The position numbers and the translations under genes were made by a program. This document shows positions 49,117 through 60,525 of a DNA stretch of 64,000 nt, in pieces (position 1 is the stretch's first letter; each line of letters begins with the position of its first letter). The notes beneath the pieces were generated by a model, which was not told the origin of the DNA, did no database searches, and saw nothing but the letters and a program-made list of their open reading frames with translations. The stretch comes from an uncultured bacterium (GTDB lineage Bacteria > Patescibacteriota > Minisyncoccia > Phycocordibacterales > GWA1-40-21): positions 584,823 to 648,822 of the forward strand of contig OY970290.1 of the NCBI GenBank assembly GCA_963716205.1. Direction: 5' to 3'.

Positions 49117-49476
49117 GTGTTTTGTTGTTTTTAAATTGCTTTTTCATTATAGCACTTACCAATCGTTCTCGAAACAAAAAGAAAAACCATCTGTCGCGCA
49201 GATGGATTTTTCTATAAGGATTACCAGATAAGCATTACCCTAGATAATACTAGGTGGGTGCCCTCGATGATGCGCCAAGACGTATCAAAAGTTAAGCTCC
49301 CTGAAAATTAATTTACGAGGATAATGCTTTACTCGTAATCCTAACTTCAATTATACTCCGACTGTGCCGATGTCAACAAAAAACATAAAAAGAAAATCAT
49401 TTTGACGACTCTGTAAATACGAAAGCCGATTTGCCTAGGCAAATCGGCTTTCTTTTCGGACAGAAAAAATAAAATA

Positions 49477-50148
49477 TTATTTTATGTCCCCTTTTATCTT
49501 CTCAATATACTCTGCGGCCGCATTTTGTCCTCCCAGACCGAATGCAAGACCCAAAGCGAGTGATATCGCGATGATAATGCCGGTGAAAAGCGTATTGATG
49601 AAAGAAACTGCGATACCGAGCTGCATGATAGCCGCAAGGATTGCAAATATCCAGATAGCCCACTTTGAAAGCTTACCCGCAAAGTTTGCTGATGTGATAT
49701 TTGCCGCTTTTGCCGTGCCAGCAACTAATTTCTGAACTGCTTCAGCAACAATTGCCGCAACGAGAATGATAAGCACCGCTACGATAACTTGAGGCAAATA
49801 ACCAAGGACAACATCCTTGAGGAATGCTGTGACCTGGGTCAAGCCGAGAACTCCGAGCGCCGCTACCAAAAATACGATGATAATGAACCATTCCACCAAT
49901 TTACCGAGAAAATATCCGGTATTGAGCTTGAATCCGGCTTTTTCAACATATTTCTCCATTCCAGCGGCCTTCAAAGCGCTGTCTATTCTCGCAAGTTTGA
50001 CCAATTCAAAGATAAATTTGAAAAAGATCGCACCGACGATCCATCCAACAATAGCGATAATAACAGCAACCAAGAATGTTGGGATAAAAGCGATAACGCC
50101 TGACCACATATTCTGCAGGGAAGCTGACAAAGCATCTGTAAAAATCAT
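49477..50148 (-). CDS. membrane protein with duplicated TM-helix repeats
   Basis: 223 aa. It has two similar halves, each with paired hydrophobic helices. Confidence 0.45.
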   Translation of the reverse strand: MIFTDALSASLQNMWSGVIAFIPTFLVAVIIAIVGWIVGAIFFKFIFELVKLARIDSALKAAGMEKYVEKAGFKLNTGYFLGKLVEWFIIIVFLVAALGVLGLTQVTAFLKDVVLGYLPQVIVAVLIILVAAIVAEAVQKLVAGTAKAANITSANFAGKLSKWAIWIFAILAAIMQLGIAVSFINTLFTGIIIAISLALGLAFGLGGQNAAAEYIEKIKGDIK

Positions 50149-50238
50149 AAATTCTTATTAAATAATTATTAAACCTTAATAAATGTCATATCGTTTTAGA
50201 TATGAACGACCTGTTTCTATGAGGGATATTATACCATT

Positions 50239-50853
50239 TTAAAATAGCTTATCCAAAAGCACTTGGTGTGGATAATCCAAAACATCTTTGACAAGCTTGT
50301 CGAACATCCGGATGCGGTAATTGAAATCCGCGGTTTCAAAATACGCATAGAGAAGCTCGGTGCCAAGCTCGGCTTCGATGGATTTTATGATGTTGGTCAA
50401 AACCTGCTTTTTGATATTGTCGCCGACGACAAGCAAGTCGAGTCGACTATCCTTATTTTGTGTGAAAACGCCGGCAATAATGATTAATTTGAGTTTTCCG
50501 GATTTTGAAAGCCGTTTTACTATTTCGCCGGCATCAAGAGTTTTAGTATTGATGAGCAACTGCTTGAGTGCCGTGATATAGGGGAAATTTTCGTTTAAAC
50601 AATACCCGTGGGATTTTATTTTTACCTCGACTATTTTCCTGCCCTTTTTCTTTTTGGCAACTTTATAGAAAATTCCTTTTTTCAAAAAATGAATTTTTTC
50701 CAAAATGGCGAATTCTTTCTTCACATTTTTCTTTTCGATTTTTGATTTGCCGGAAACCAAATCAATATCGAAAAATTCTTCCGGATTGAAGATAAAAAGA
50801 CGGAGGATTTTCACCCGCGCTTCGCTGCCGAATAATTTGCTGAGAATTTCCAT
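50239..50853 (-). CDS. hypothetical protein
   Basis: 204 aa, Lys-rich. Confidence 0.35.
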   Translation of the reverse strand: MEILSKLFGSEARVKILRLFIFNPEEFFDIDLVSGKSKIEKKNVKKEFAILEKIHFLKKGIFYKVAKKKKGRKIVEVKIKSHGYCLNENFPYITALKQLLINTKTLDAGEIVKRLSKSGKLKLIIIAGVFTQNKDSRLDLLVVGDNIKKQVLTNIIKSIEAELGTELLYAYFETADFNYRIRMFDKLVKDVLDYPHQVLLDKLF

Positions 50854-50885
50854 AGGTTGGTATTATAGCGCAAATTAATCATAAG

Positions 50886-50921
50886 AAAAGGGCGTTTTCG
50901 CTTCGCGAAAACGCCCTTTTC
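50886..50921 (-). terminator. terminator after rplL
   Basis: gggcgttttcgc-ttcg-cgaaaacgccc followed by a T-run. Confidence 0.6.
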
Positions 50922-50935
50922 TAGCACGTAAGGTA

Positions 50936-51322
50936 TTATTTCAATGAAATTTTTCCTCCTGCTGCCTCAACATCTTTCTTGAGTTTCTCGGCATCTTCCT
51001 TTTTCATATCTTCTTTTAAGACCGAAGGAGCTGCATCAACGAGATCCTTGGCTTCTTTTAAACCAAGTCCGAGGACTTCCTTGATCGCTTTGATGACGGC
51101 GATCTTCTGCGCGCCGGCATCTGTCAATTCAACTTTGAATGACGTTTTCTCTTCTGTTGGAGCTGCGGCAGCTGCAGGACCGGCGACGGCGACTGCTGCG
51201 GCTGAAACACCGAACTTCTCTTCGAGCACTTTGACGAGCTCGTGGAGATCAATAACTGACATTTTTTCTATTTCTGCAACGATTTTTTCAAATTTTGCAG
51301 GAACTGCTTTTTTCTCTTCCAT
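50936..51322 (-). CDS. rplL: 50S ribosomal protein L7/L12
   Basis: Ala-rich hinge and C-terminal ...[20 protein letters not shown]... Confidence 0.9.
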   Translation of the reverse strand: MEEKKAVPAKFEKIVAEIEKMSVIDLHELVKVLEEKFGVSAAAVAVAGPAAAAAPTEEKTSFKVELTDAGAQKIAVIKAIKEVLGLGLKEAKDLVDAAPSVLKEDMKKEDAEKLKKDVEAAGGKISLK

Positions 51323-51352
51323 AATTTTGATTAAATATTAATGAATAATAAT

Positions 51353-51844
51353 TTACACTGTTTTCGTTTTTGCAATCGCATCAAGTGCGACAACAAACTG
51401 CTGGATCGGCGAATTGATGAGATTGACGAACTGCGCGTACAGAGTTTTCTGTGATGGGATGGCTGCGATTGCAGTCATTTCCTCCACCGTCATATACTTT
51501 CCTTCAAAGATACCGCCGACAATTTTGACATTGCCATTGTACTTTTTCTGGAATGCATAGAACTCTCTCGCTGGTGTGGTCAGATCATCACCGTAAACGA
51601 TGGCAAGCTCTCCGACGAATTCCGGCATGGTGCCAGTAATTTTTGCATCATTGAGTGCGATCTTTGCCAATGTCTTTCTCGTGACCAAATATCCAACACC
51701 TTCCTTTCGGAGTGCGCGTCGCATTGCCTGATCATCGGCTACATTGAGCTGGTGAAAGTTTGCAAAGACGACTGACTTGGCGCCTTTGAGTGCTTTCGCA
51801 ATCTCAGCGACCAATTCCTGTTTCTTTTCTTTTGTAATGGGCAT
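51353..51844 (-). CDS. rplJ: 50S ribosomal protein L10
   Basis: 163 aa, typical L10. Confidence 0.85.
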   Translation of the reverse strand: MPITKEKKQELVAEIAKALKGAKSVVFANFHQLNVADDQAMRRALRKEGVGYLVTRKTLAKIALNDAKITGTMPEFVGELAIVYGDDLTTPAREFYAFQKKYNGNVKIVGGIFEGKYMTVEEMTAIAAIPSQKTLYAQFVNLINSPIQQFVVALDAIAKTKTV

Positions 51845-52011
51845 GAACTACTTTTTTGTTTATAAAATAAAATCGACCTTATAAATATATAAGGCCTCTA
51901 AGCATTAGAGTTTGACCTCGACCGGTCCTTTCGGATTATGGCTTTCGCCACCGGTTGTCTTTGGCCTTAATGCAAGTATAGTAGCAAAAAATGAGGAAAA
52001 GTAAAGGAAAT

Positions 52012-52038
52012 AAAAAACACCCTCTCGGGTGTTTTTTA
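52012..52038 (-). terminator. terminator immediately after rplB
   Basis: acaccc-tctc-gggtgt with a symmetric A-run and T-run. Confidence 0.55.
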
Positions 52039-52040
52039 TC

Positions 52041-52892
52041 TTATTTCTCTCCCTTTGCTTTTCCGACTTTGCGTCTTGAAACAATGAGATAGTTTGAATA
52101 CTTTTTCGGGGTTCGGGACTTTTGTCCTTTGCCGACATGCTTTCCCCACTTGGTCTTGGCAAATCTCGTGCCTCGCGGATGTTTTCCTTCGCCGCCTCCG
52201 TACGGGTGATCCATCGGATTCATGACAGAGCCTCGGACAGTCGGTCTGATACCAAGCCATCGTGAGCGTCCGGCTTTACCGATATTGACGAGCCAGTTTT
52301 CGTCATTTGAGACGTTGCCAATACTTGCCCATGCGAGCTCCGGAACTTTTCTGATCTCGCTTGAGGGCATTTTGATATGCACATATCCGGCATCGTTTGC
52401 CACGATCTGCGCAAAACTTCCCGCTGAACGAACCATCTTTGCTCCGCCGCCGACTTTGAGCTCAATATTATAAACAAAGGTGCCGACAGGAATATTTTTC
52501 AAAGGCATTCTGTTGCCGACTTTGATTTCCGCTTTTTCAGAGGTGAGAAATGTCTCGCCGACTTTCATTCCCTTTGGCAAAAGCATGTATCTCTTTTCTC
52601 CGTCGGCATAATTTACGAGTCCGATAAAACCGGTTCGGTATGGATCATATTCAACGGTCATGATTTTTGCCGGAATATCTTTTTTGTCGTAAATAAAATC
52701 AATGTATCGGAACGCTTTTTTGTTGCCTGAACCCTGGTGCCGCATGGTGATCCTGCCGCGATTATTTCTGCCAGCCGCATTCTTTCTGCCTTTGGTCAAA
52801 GCTTTCAAAGGTTTTGACGCAGTCAAAACTCCGCGATACGTAACCGTGGACATGTTTCTTCGTGATGGTGATGTTGGTCTGTAAAATTTCAT
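52041..52892 (-). CDS. rplB: 50S ribosomal protein L2
   Basis: 283 aa. Confidence 0.9.
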   Translation of the reverse strand: MKFYRPTSPSRRNMSTVTYRGVLTASKPLKALTKGRKNAAGRNNRGRITMRHQGSGNKKAFRYIDFIYDKKDIPAKIMTVEYDPYRTGFIGLVNYADGEKRYMLLPKGMKVGETFLTSEKAEIKVGNRMPLKNIPVGTFVYNIELKVGGGAKMVRSAGSFAQIVANDAGYVHIKMPSSEIRKVPELAWASIGNVSNDENWLVNIGKAGRSRWLGIRPTVRGSVMNPMDHPYGGGEGKHPRGTRFAKTKWGKHVGKGQKSRTPKKYSNYLIVSRRKVGKAKGEK

Positions 52893-52901
52893 GTTCGTAT
52901 T

Positions 52902-53192
52902 TTATATGAAAGCTATCTTATCTCCCTTTTTCAAAAAGACAAGCGCTTTTTTGACTGATGATTTGGTTCCGACCTTTCCGCGTCTCGTAATATTTTTTGC
53001 CGGAAGATTGACGACGTTGATTCTGATAGGGGTGACTTTGTAAAGCTGCTTGATCGCTTCCGCAATTGTTTTCTTTGTCGCGGCTTTCGTCACTTCAAAT
53101 GTATACACGTTTCGTGATTCCGCTGCGATGCCTGACTTTTCGGTTATCTTCGGCTTTTTGATGACTACCGTGCTAAAGTGTGAGTTTGTCAT
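52902..53192 (-). CDS. rplW: 50S ribosomal protein L23
   Basis: 96 aa. Confidence 0.8.
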   Translation of the reverse strand: MTNSHFSTVVIKKPKITEKSGIAAESRNVYTFEVTKAATKKTIAEAIKQLYKVTPIRINVVNLPAKNITRRGKVGTKSSVKKALVFLKKGDKIAFI

Positions 53193-53196
53193 AATT

Positions 53197-53958
53197 TTAT
53201 TTGGCTTTTGCCATCTTATGCTCGATAAATTTGACCGACTCGGCCGGATTTTCGATGACCAAGTATTTCATATTGACCAAATCCACCGGATTGATGTTTC
53301 GCAATTCGTCCACAGTAATATTGCCGATATTTGCAAAACTTTTTTCCACGGCAAAATTCTTGGTTGATGTTTCGATAATCGCGCTGTTATTTTTCTTTGA
53401 AAGAATATCCGGGCAGGCTTTGATCGAACTCATTGATTTCAAAATCGCGACAGCATCCGATGTCTTTGGTTTGGCAATATCGAATTTGTCGATGAAAATC
53501 ACTTCGCCATCTTTGAACTTCTTTGAAAGAAGGACATAAAGCGCCTTGATCTTCATTTTTTTGTTAATCTTTTTGGAATAATTTTTCAAGCCGTTCGGGC
53601 CATGCGCAACGCCGCCGCCAACCCAGATTGGTGAGCGTGATGAGCCGTGCCGTGCGCGACCAGTGCCTTTTTGTTTCCACGGCTTCTTTCCTCCACCCCG
53701 AACATCGCCCCTGCCTTTTGTGTGAGCGTAGATGACTCTGCGGTCTGCGAGCATTGAGTAGACAACCTGGTGCACAAGATCGGCATTCCATGAAAGTCCG
53801 AAAACATTTCCCGGCAATTTGACCTCTCCGACTTCTTTGCCCTTTTGATTATAAACTGCTGCTGAAAGTTCTGCGGAAACTTTTGTCTCTTTTTTGAAAG
53901 TAGTTCTTTTCACTTTTTTCGGTGCGGATACTTTTTTTGTTTTTGTTGTTTTTTCCAT
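53197..53958 (-). CDS. rplD: 50S ribosomal protein L4 (Lys-rich N-terminal extension)
   Basis: ...RGGGKKPWKQKGTGRARHGSSRSPIWVGGGVAHGP... Confidence 0.8.
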   Translation of the reverse strand: MEKTTKTKKVSAPKKVKRTTFKKETKVSAELSAAVYNQKGKEVGEVKLPGNVFGLSWNADLVHQVVYSMLADRRVIYAHTKGRGDVRGGGKKPWKQKGTGRARHGSSRSPIWVGGGVAHGPNGLKNYSKKINKKMKIKALYVLLSKKFKDGEVIFIDKFDIAKPKTSDAVAILKSMSSIKACPDILSKKNNSAIIETSTKNFAVEKSFANIGNITVDELRNINPVDLVNMKYLVIENPAESVKFIEHKMAKAK

Positions 53959-53976
53959 AGTAGTATTTTTAAAATA

Positions 53977-54582
53977 TTATCCGCGCACTTCGACAAGTGT
54001 TCCCCGTCTTCCCGGGACTGCGCCGCCGATCAAAAGCTGATTGTTTTCTTGATCGACTCCAAGAACTTTCAAGTTTTTTACCGTGACTTTGTCTGCACCC
54101 ATTCTGCCTGCCATGCGCATGCCTTTCGGAACCATGTTTCTCAAACCTCCGGAAATAGATCCTGGAGCATTTTCGGAATGCTTCTGTCCGTGGCTTCGCG
54201 GCTGGCCTTCGAATCCGTGTCTTTTGATGACGCTCTGATATCCTTTTCCTTTTGAAATCGCGGAAACTTCGATCATATCGCCGACTTTGAATTCGGAAAG
54301 ATTGATGACATCGCCGATTTTAAATTTTGAAATATCGTCAATTCTGAATTCTTTGATGAATCTGGCATTGACACCTTTCAAGTGGCCTTTCAAAGGCATC
54401 GTGATATTTTTTTCTTTCTTTTGTCCGAATCCGACTTGTACCGCACTATAGCCATCCGTGTCTTTGGTTTTCAATTGAGTGACGGTCAAAGGACCCGCTG
54501 ACAAAATCGTCACCGGATGCACCTTACCCAACTCATCAAAAATTTGGGTCATATTCTGTTTTGTACCGAGTATAAATTTCAT
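53977..54582 (-). CDS. rplC: 50S ribosomal protein L3
   Basis: 201 aa. Confidence 0.85.
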   Translation of the reverse strand: MKFILGTKQNMTQIFDELGKVHPVTILSAGPLTVTQLKTKDTDGYSAVQVGFGQKKEKNITMPLKGHLKGVNARFIKEFRIDDISKFKIGDVINLSEFKVGDMIEVSAISKGKGYQSVIKRHGFEGQPRSHGQKHSENAPGSISGGLRNMVPKGMRMAGRMGADKVTVKNLKVLGVDQENNQLLIGGAVPGRRGTLVEVRG

Positions 54583-54666
54583 GCTGTTGTAATTATTGGC
54601 AGAGGATCAGGCCGCAAGCAATATGAAAATCGCTCTTTGGCGGGATCATGCCCTCTTGTTGATAGT

Positions 54667-55065
54667 TTAATTCATCTTTACATCAATGTTCACACCGCTT
54701 GGCAGACTCATGTTGGTCAAAGCTTCGATCACTTTCGCAGAAGGATTGATGATATCAATCAATCTTCGGTGTATCCTCATCTCAAATTGTTCTCGCGCAT
54801 TTTTGTAGACGAATGACGCACGGTTGACTGTGTATTTTTTGATCTCCGTTGGAAGCGGTACCGGACCGATGACTTGCGCATCATGTCGGAGTGCCGTTTC
54901 GATAATCTGCTTTACTGAAGCGTCAAGGATTTTGCTGTCATACGCCCTGACTCGTATTCGTAGTATCGAGGAACTTTCGTTTTTGGTTGCTGTTTTCGGA
55001 ATCTTCAACTTTGTTGCTGTTGCAGATTTTGTCGTATTCTTTTTTATTGCTGTTTTTTCTGGCAT
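54667..55065 (-). CDS. rpsJ: 30S ribosomal protein S10 (about 30-aa N-terminal extension)
   Basis: ...LRIRVRAYDSKILDASVKQIIETA... Confidence 0.85.
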   Translation of the reverse strand: MPEKTAIKKNTTKSATATKLKIPKTATKNESSSILRIRVRAYDSKILDASVKQIIETALRHDAQVIGPVPLPTEIKKYTVNRASFVYKNAREQFEMRIHRRLIDIINPSAKVIEALTNMSLPSGVNIDVKMN

Positions 55066-55113
55066 ACATTTGGCTTTTCGTCAGCAGAAACTTTTCTGCT
55101 TGAAAAGCTATTA

Positions 55114-56325
55114 TTAAGCAATAACTTTTGTGATAACTCCCGAACCGACGGTCTTGCCTCCTTCTCGGAAAGCAAATCTCATCTTATCTTCGAGAGCAAC
55201 CGGAGCAACAAGCTTCACTTTGAAAGTAACGGTATCTCCCGGCATAACCATTTCAACTCCCGGGTTCAAAGTAACATCGCCGGTAACATCGGTCGTTCTC
55301 ATATAGAACTGCGGTTTGTAGCCGGTAAAGAACGGCGTGTGTCGTCCGCCCTCTTCCTTTTTCAACACGTAGACTTCCGCTTCAAATTCGGTGTGGGGAA
55401 GAACGCTTCCCGGCTTCGCCAATACCTGTCCTCGGTGAACATCTTCTTTCTTGGTACCTCTCAAAAGAACACCGGCATTGTCACCAGCTTCTCCTCTCTG
55501 GAGCTGTTTGTTAAACATTTCTATACCAGTAACGGTTGTTTTGGTTGTTGGCTTGATGCCGACGATTTCACATTCTTCGCCGACCTTGACCGTTCCTCTT
55601 TCAATTCTTCCGGTAACGACAGTTCCTCTTCCTTCGATTGAGAAAATATCTTCGATCGGCATAAGAAATGGCTTATCAATGTCTCGGACTGGAAGCGGAA
55701 TGTATGTATCGAGAGCGTTCATAAGATCTGTAATGCATTTTGCATCTGGATCATCCGCGCTCTTGCAAGCCAAAGCTTTCGTGGCTGAACCCCGGATAAT
55801 AGGCGCGTTCGCACCGTCGTACTTGTATTTCGTCAAAAGCTCTCTGATTTCCGATTCAACAAGATCCAAAAGATCGTTGTCGGTAACGAGATCGCACTTA
55901 TTCAAGAAGACGACAATCTTTGGAACACCGACTTGATATGCCAAAAGAATGTGCTCTTTTGTCTGAGGCATCGGACCGTCAACTGCTGAAACCACGAGAA
56001 TAGCACCGTCCATTTGCGCGGCACCGGTGATCATGTTTTTGACGTAGTCGGCGTGTCCCGGGCAGTCTACGTGCGCATAGTGTCTTTTGTCGGATGAATA
56101 TTCGACGTGAGAAATCGCAATCGTGATAATCTTTGATGCATCTCTTCGTCCTGCTGACTCTGATGCTTTCGCAACGGAATCGTACGCGATATCATTTGCC
56201 AATCCCTTGAGGGACTGAACGTGAGTAATGGCCGCGGTAAGAGTTGTCTTTCCGTGGTCAATGTGACCAATAGTACCGACGTTTACGTGCGGCTTTGATC
56301 TATCAAACTGGGCTACTTCTGCCAT
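55114..56325 (-). CDS. tuf: elongation factor Tu
   Basis: [15 protein letters not shown] and NKCD motifs. Confidence 0.95.
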   Translation of the reverse strand: MAEVAQFDRSKPHVNVGTIGHIDHGKTTLTAAITHVQSLKGLANDIAYDSVAKASESAGRRDASKIITIAISHVEYSSDKRHYAHVDCPGHADYVKNMITGAAQMDGAILVVSAVDGPMPQTKEHILLAYQVGVPKIVVFLNKCDLVTDNDLLDLVESEIRELLTKYKYDGANAPIIRGSATKALACKSADDPDAKCITDLMNALDTYIPLPVRDIDKPFLMPIEDIFSIEGRGTVVTGRIERGTVKVGEECEIVGIKPTTKTTVTGIEMFNKQLQRGEAGDNAGVLLRGTKKEDVHRGQVLAKPGSVLPHTEFEAEVYVLKKEEGGRHTPFFTGYKPQFYMRTTDVTGDVTLNPGVEMVMPGDTVTFKVKLVAPVALEDKMRFAFREGGKTVGSGVITKVIA

Positions 56326-56578
56326 ATTTTGTTTGTGCTGATTTTCTCAATAGATTGCGCGAGAACGCTCTCTCTATTCAGGAAACCAACTGATTGATTA
56401 ATCCCATCATTCACTGAAACTGCTCAAGGCAAATTTCGGCGGACTGGGAGACTTATAAATTACGACTTGCAACTCTGATGTGCTTTTTTTTGATTTAATA
56501 GAAAATAAAAAAGCGCACAGCGTGTTTGGCAATAGTAGCAAAAGAAAAAGAAAGAGTCAACAGATGAACTGTTGTTTT

Positions 56579-58741
56579 TTACACTCTTTGCGTCGCTGTT
56601 CCTCTCGCTTCGATAATCGTCTTTGCCACATTTGGCGGTACGATGGCATAATGGTCAAATTCCATTGTTGCAGAAGCTCTGCCTTCGGTAAGAGACCTAA
56701 GTGTTGTAACGTATCCAAACATTTCCGCCAAAGGAACCATTGCTCGAATGACTTTATTCATGCCGCGATCAAACATTTCTGTTATCTGTCCTCTGCGTGA
56801 ATTGATCGAGCCGGAAACATCTCCCATGAATTTCTCCGGTGTAACGACTTCAACTTTCATCATCGGTTCAAGAATAACCGGCTTTGCACGTCTTGCCGCA
56901 TCTTGAAATGCCATTGAAGCGGCGATTTTGTATGCGAGCTCGGATGAGTCAACATCGTGATACGATCCGTATGTAAGCTCACAGGAAACATTTACTACGC
57001 GATAGCCGGCAAGAATTCCTCGCTCCATTGCTTCTTTCACGCCTTTTTCTACTGCGGGAATAAATTCCTGCGGAATAACACCTCCTTTGATGGAATCGAT
57101 AAATTCAAAATCTTCGGATCGATGAACATTTTTTGGAATTTTTTCTCCTTCCTCAATCGGCTCCATCGGCTTGATTTTGATGAGCACGTGTCCATACTGA
57201 CCTTTTCCTCCGGACTGTTTGATATATTTTTCCTCTTTTTCCGCTTCGCCGGTGATAGTTTCTTTGTAAGCAACCTGCGGCTTGCCGACATTCGCTTCAA
57301 CGCCGAATTCCCTTTTCATTCTGTCCACAAGAATTTCCAAGTGAAGTTCTCCCATGCCCGCCATAACGGTCTCACCTGTTTCTGAATCAGACTTGATTTT
57401 AAAAGTTGGATCTTCATCGGAAAGTTTTTTGAGGGCAAATCCCATTTTTTCCTGGTCGGCTTTTGTCTTCGGTTCGATTCGAAGAGTAATGACCGGCTCC
57501 GGAAATACGATTTGGTCCAAAATAATCGGATTCGCCTCGTCGCAGAATGTGTGCGACGTCTTTGCGGATTTCAAACCGACGGCTGCCGCAATTTCTCCGG
57601 CAAAAACCGTTTCCACATCTTCGCGGTCGTTGGCATGCATTCGCACGACTCTTCCCAATCTTTCTTTTTCTCCGGTCGTTGAATTATAAATATACGTTCC
57701 AGCGGAAATCGTTCCGGAATAAACTCGAAAATACGTGAGCTGTCCGACGAACGGATCGTTTTGCAATTTGAATGCAAGCGCACAGAATGGTTCCTCGTCT
57801 GATGCATGTCGCGTGACTTCTTCTCCAGTTTTCGGATTGATGCCTTTGACTGCCGGAATATCAAGCGGGCTTGGAAGATAATCCACAACAGCATCAAGCA
57901 TCAGCTGCGTGCCTTTATTTTTTAAAGCGGAACCGGTCATGACTGGCACAATGGTATTTTTGATTGTCGCTTTTCGCAAAACTCTCTTCAAATCCTCGAT
58001 TGCGATTTCTTTTCCTTCAAGATATTCATTCATCAACTTGTCATCTTCGCCAGCAATTTTTTCCACAAGCTCAAGGCGGTATTTTTTCGCTTCATCAAGC
58101 AAATCATTTGGAATTTCTTCTTCGCGAATCTTGTCGCCCATTTCGCCGTCAAAGTAATATGCTTTCATTTTCAAAAGATCAACAAGACCTTTGAATTCAC
58201 TTTCAGCACCGATCGGCAACTGCAATCTAACGGCATTTTTTGTAAGTCTTTCAAGAATAGACTGGTAGGATCGTTCAAAACTTCCTCCGGTTCTATCGAG
58301 TTTATTGATGAAACAAATTCTCGGCACTTGTCCTTCATCGGCATATCTCCAGTTCGTCTCTGACTGCGGTTCAACTCCGGCAACGCCGTCAAAAACAACG
58401 ACAGCTCCGTCGAGCACGCGAAGAGATCTTTTTACTTCGGCGGTAAAATCAATGTGTCCCGGCGTATCAATAATGTTGAATCTAACTTTTTTGCTCAAAT
58501 CCTCTTTCGGCATATAACTCGGATTCCAAAAACACGTAATAGCGGCAGATGTGATGGTGATGCCTCGTTCCCGCTCCTGTTCCATCCAGTCTGTCGTCGT
58601 ATCGCCTTCATGAACCTCGCCAATATTGTGCTGCGAGCCGGTATAATAGAGAATTCTTTCAGAAACCGTCGTCTTTCCAGCATCAATGTGCGCGATGATT
58701 CCGAAGTTCCTGACTTTTTCCAATGGATAATCTCGTTTCAT
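56579..58741 (-). CDS. fusA: elongation factor G
   Basis: [14 protein letters not shown] and NKLD motifs. 720 aa. Confidence 0.95.
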   Translation of the reverse strand: MKRDYPLEKVRNFGIIAHIDAGKTTVSERILYYTGSQHNIGEVHEGDTTTDWMEQERERGITITSAAITCFWNPSYMPKEDLSKKVRFNIIDTPGHIDFTAEVKRSLRVLDGAVVVFDGVAGVEPQSETNWRYADEGQVPRICFINKLDRTGGSFERSYQSILERLTKNAVRLQLPIGAESEFKGLVDLLKMKAYYFDGEMGDKIREEEIPNDLLDEAKKYRLELVEKIAGEDDKLMNEYLEGKEIAIEDLKRVLRKATIKNTIVPVMTGSALKNKGTQLMLDAVVDYLPSPLDIPAVKGINPKTGEEVTRHASDEEPFCALAFKLQNDPFVGQLTYFRVYSGTISAGTYIYNSTTGEKERLGRVVRMHANDREDVETVFAGEIAAAVGLKSAKTSHTFCDEANPIILDQIVFPEPVITLRIEPKTKADQEKMGFALKKLSDEDPTFKIKSDSETGETVMAGMGELHLEILVDRMKREFGVEANVGKPQVAYKETITGEAEKEEKYIKQSGGKGQYGHVLIKIKPMEPIEEGEKIPKNVHRSEDFEFIDSIKGGVIPQEFIPAVEKGVKEAMERGILAGYRVVNVSCELTYGSYHDVDSSELAYKIAASMAFQDAARRAKPVILEPMMKVEVVTPEKFMGDVSGSINSRRGQITEMFDRGMNKVIRAMVPLAEMFGYVTTLRSLTEGRASATMEFDHYAIVPPNVAKTIIEARGTATQRV

Positions 58742-58768
58742 TTTTTCAATTAAAAAAATAGTAATAAA

Positions 58769-59239
58769 TTACCAGGCAAAATGCGCAAATGCTTTGTTTG
58801 CTTCCGCCATTTTGTGCGTATTTTCCTTCTTTCGGACCGCATCGCCTTCATTTTTGGAAGCGGCAATAATCTCTGTCGCCAATTTTTCCGCAATTGGCGC
58901 GCCTTTCTTCGTTCTCGCAGCCTCAACAATCCATTTCATGGAAAGTGCGCTTCTTCGTGCGGGTCTGACCTCTACCGGCACCTGGTAATTTGCACCTCCG
59001 ACTCTTTTTGAGCGGATTTCCATATTCGGAGCGGTATTTGAAAGCGCAAGCTCGAAAATTTCAACCGGATTTTTGACTTTTGCTTTTTCTTTGATGATTT
59101 CAAGCATGTCATAGATATTTTTCTCGGCAACGCTTTTTTTGCCATCGTACATGATGTAATTCACGAGTTTAGTGATTTTTTCCGATTGATATTTGTAGTC
59201 TGGCTTTAACGCTTTTTTTGTTTTAAGTTTTCTTCTCAT
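58769..59239 (-). CDS. rpsG: 30S ribosomal protein S7
   Basis: 156 aa. Confidence 0.9.
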   Translation of the reverse strand: MRRKLKTKKALKPDYKYQSEKITKLVNYIMYDGKKSVAEKNIYDMLEIIKEKAKVKNPVEIFELALSNTAPNMEIRSKRVGGANYQVPVEVRPARRSALSMKWIVEAARTKKGAPIAEKLATEIIAASKNEGDAVRKKENTHKMAEANKAFAHFAW

Positions 59240-59257
59240 GGGATTTTGGTTAAAAAA

Positions 59258-59674
59258 TTATTTCGCTGCTTTCGGTTTCTTTGCACCGTATTGGCTGCGA
59301 CCTTTTCTTCGTCCTTCCGGAGCTGTAGCATCAAGCACACCTCGGACAATCGTATATCGAAGTCCCAAGTCTTTAACGCGTCCACCTCGCAAAAGTACAA
59401 CGGAGTGTTCCTGAAGTGTATGTCCCATTCCCGGAATGTATGCGGTGACTTCCATACCATTGGAAAGTCTGACCCTCGCGATCTTTCGGATGGCAGAGTT
59501 TGGTTTCTTCGGAGTTTTTGTCGTCACTTTGATACAGACGCCTCGCTTGAACGGCGAGTTCAGATATGTCGGGCGATTTTCAAGCGTATTAAAACCCTTG
59601 GTCAGGGCAACCGCCTTTACCTTTCGCTTGGCATTTTTTCTGTTTCTTTTTATTAATTGATTGATGGTTGGCAT
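59258..59674 (-). CDS. rpsL: 30S ribosomal protein S12
   Basis: [10 protein letters not shown]..., with a long C-terminal Lys-rich tail. Confidence 0.9.
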   Translation of the reverse strand: MPTINQLIKRNRKNAKRKVKAVALTKGFNTLENRPTYLNSPFKRGVCIKVTTKTPKKPNSAIRKIARVRLSNGMEVTAYIPGMGHTLQEHSVVLLRGGRVKDLGLRYTIVRGVLDATAPEGRRKGRSQYGAKKPKAAK

Positions 59675-59848
59675 GATTCGATTTATTTTTTAATTAGGCA
59701 AATATACAAACGCAAAAAGCTACAGAGATATTTTCACTTTAAAAAAGCAAAAATCCCCGCAACTCGTTTCAAAACATTCGCATACAGCCAGTAGCTAATG
59801 TCGCGGTTATACTAATATACTCTTTGAAAAATAGCAAGAATATTCTTT

Positions 59849-60463
59849 TTACATATGAATCCCCGTTAAAAGAAAAAACAAGGCTGAAATAATAGGTGTA
59901 ATAATTCCCGGCAGGAATATTATGAATAAAATAATAAGTATCAATCCGTATCGCTCGGCAACTTGCGAGAAAACAAATCGGTTGCCGATCGGAATGATGG
60001 AAAAAAGGACTTTGGAACCGTCAAGTGGAGGAATGGGAATAAGATTGAAGATCGCCAGTGCAATATTGATAAGAACAATAAAGGCAAAAATTGAAATAAG
60101 TAATACATTTGTTTGCGGAATAATGCGGATGAGGATTCCAAAAATAACGGCAACCAAAATATTTGAGAGCGGTCCGGCAAATGCCACGAGCGGCTCGGCG
60201 ATTTTGCGATTTCTTAAATTATAGACATTATACGGCACTGGTTTCGCCCAGCCGATCATAAAACCCGTGCCGCTGATATACAAAAGAAATGGCAAAATGA
60301 TCGAACCGAACCAATCAATATGTTTGAGAGGATTAAGCGTCAATCTGCCGGCGTATTCTGCGGTCCTATCGCCAAAAGAAAGTGCCATCAGTCCGTGAGA
60401 TATTTCATGGATCATGACAGAAAAAATCAGAATAAAAAGCTCAAGTATGATATTGATTTGCAT
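59849..60463 (-). CDS. site-2 protease family (M50) intramembrane metalloprotease
   Basis: HEISHG in a TM helix and an LDG motif (NLIPIPPLDGSKVL). Confidence 0.6.
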   Translation of the reverse strand: MQINIILELFILIFSVMIHEISHGLMALSFGDRTAEYAGRLTLNPLKHIDWFGSIILPFLLYISGTGFMIGWAKPVPYNVYNLRNRKIAEPLVAFAGPLSNILVAVIFGILIRIIPQTNVLLISIFAFIVLINIALAIFNLIPIPPLDGSKVLFSIIPIGNRFVFSQVAERYGLILIILFIIFLPGIITPIISALFFLLTGIHM

Positions 60464-60525
60464 AGATATTTGCCTGAAAAACATTTCTATGATAGCATAC
60501 GTGCTCACATTTCAACAATAATTTT

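Noticed and set aside
56326-56578. Possible small gene or riboswitch between fusA and tuf
   Set aside because: It contains only a hairpin (caacag-atgaa-ctgttg) with flanking T-rich sequence, consistent with an intercistronic attenuator or terminator. There is no ORF or recognisable RNA motif.
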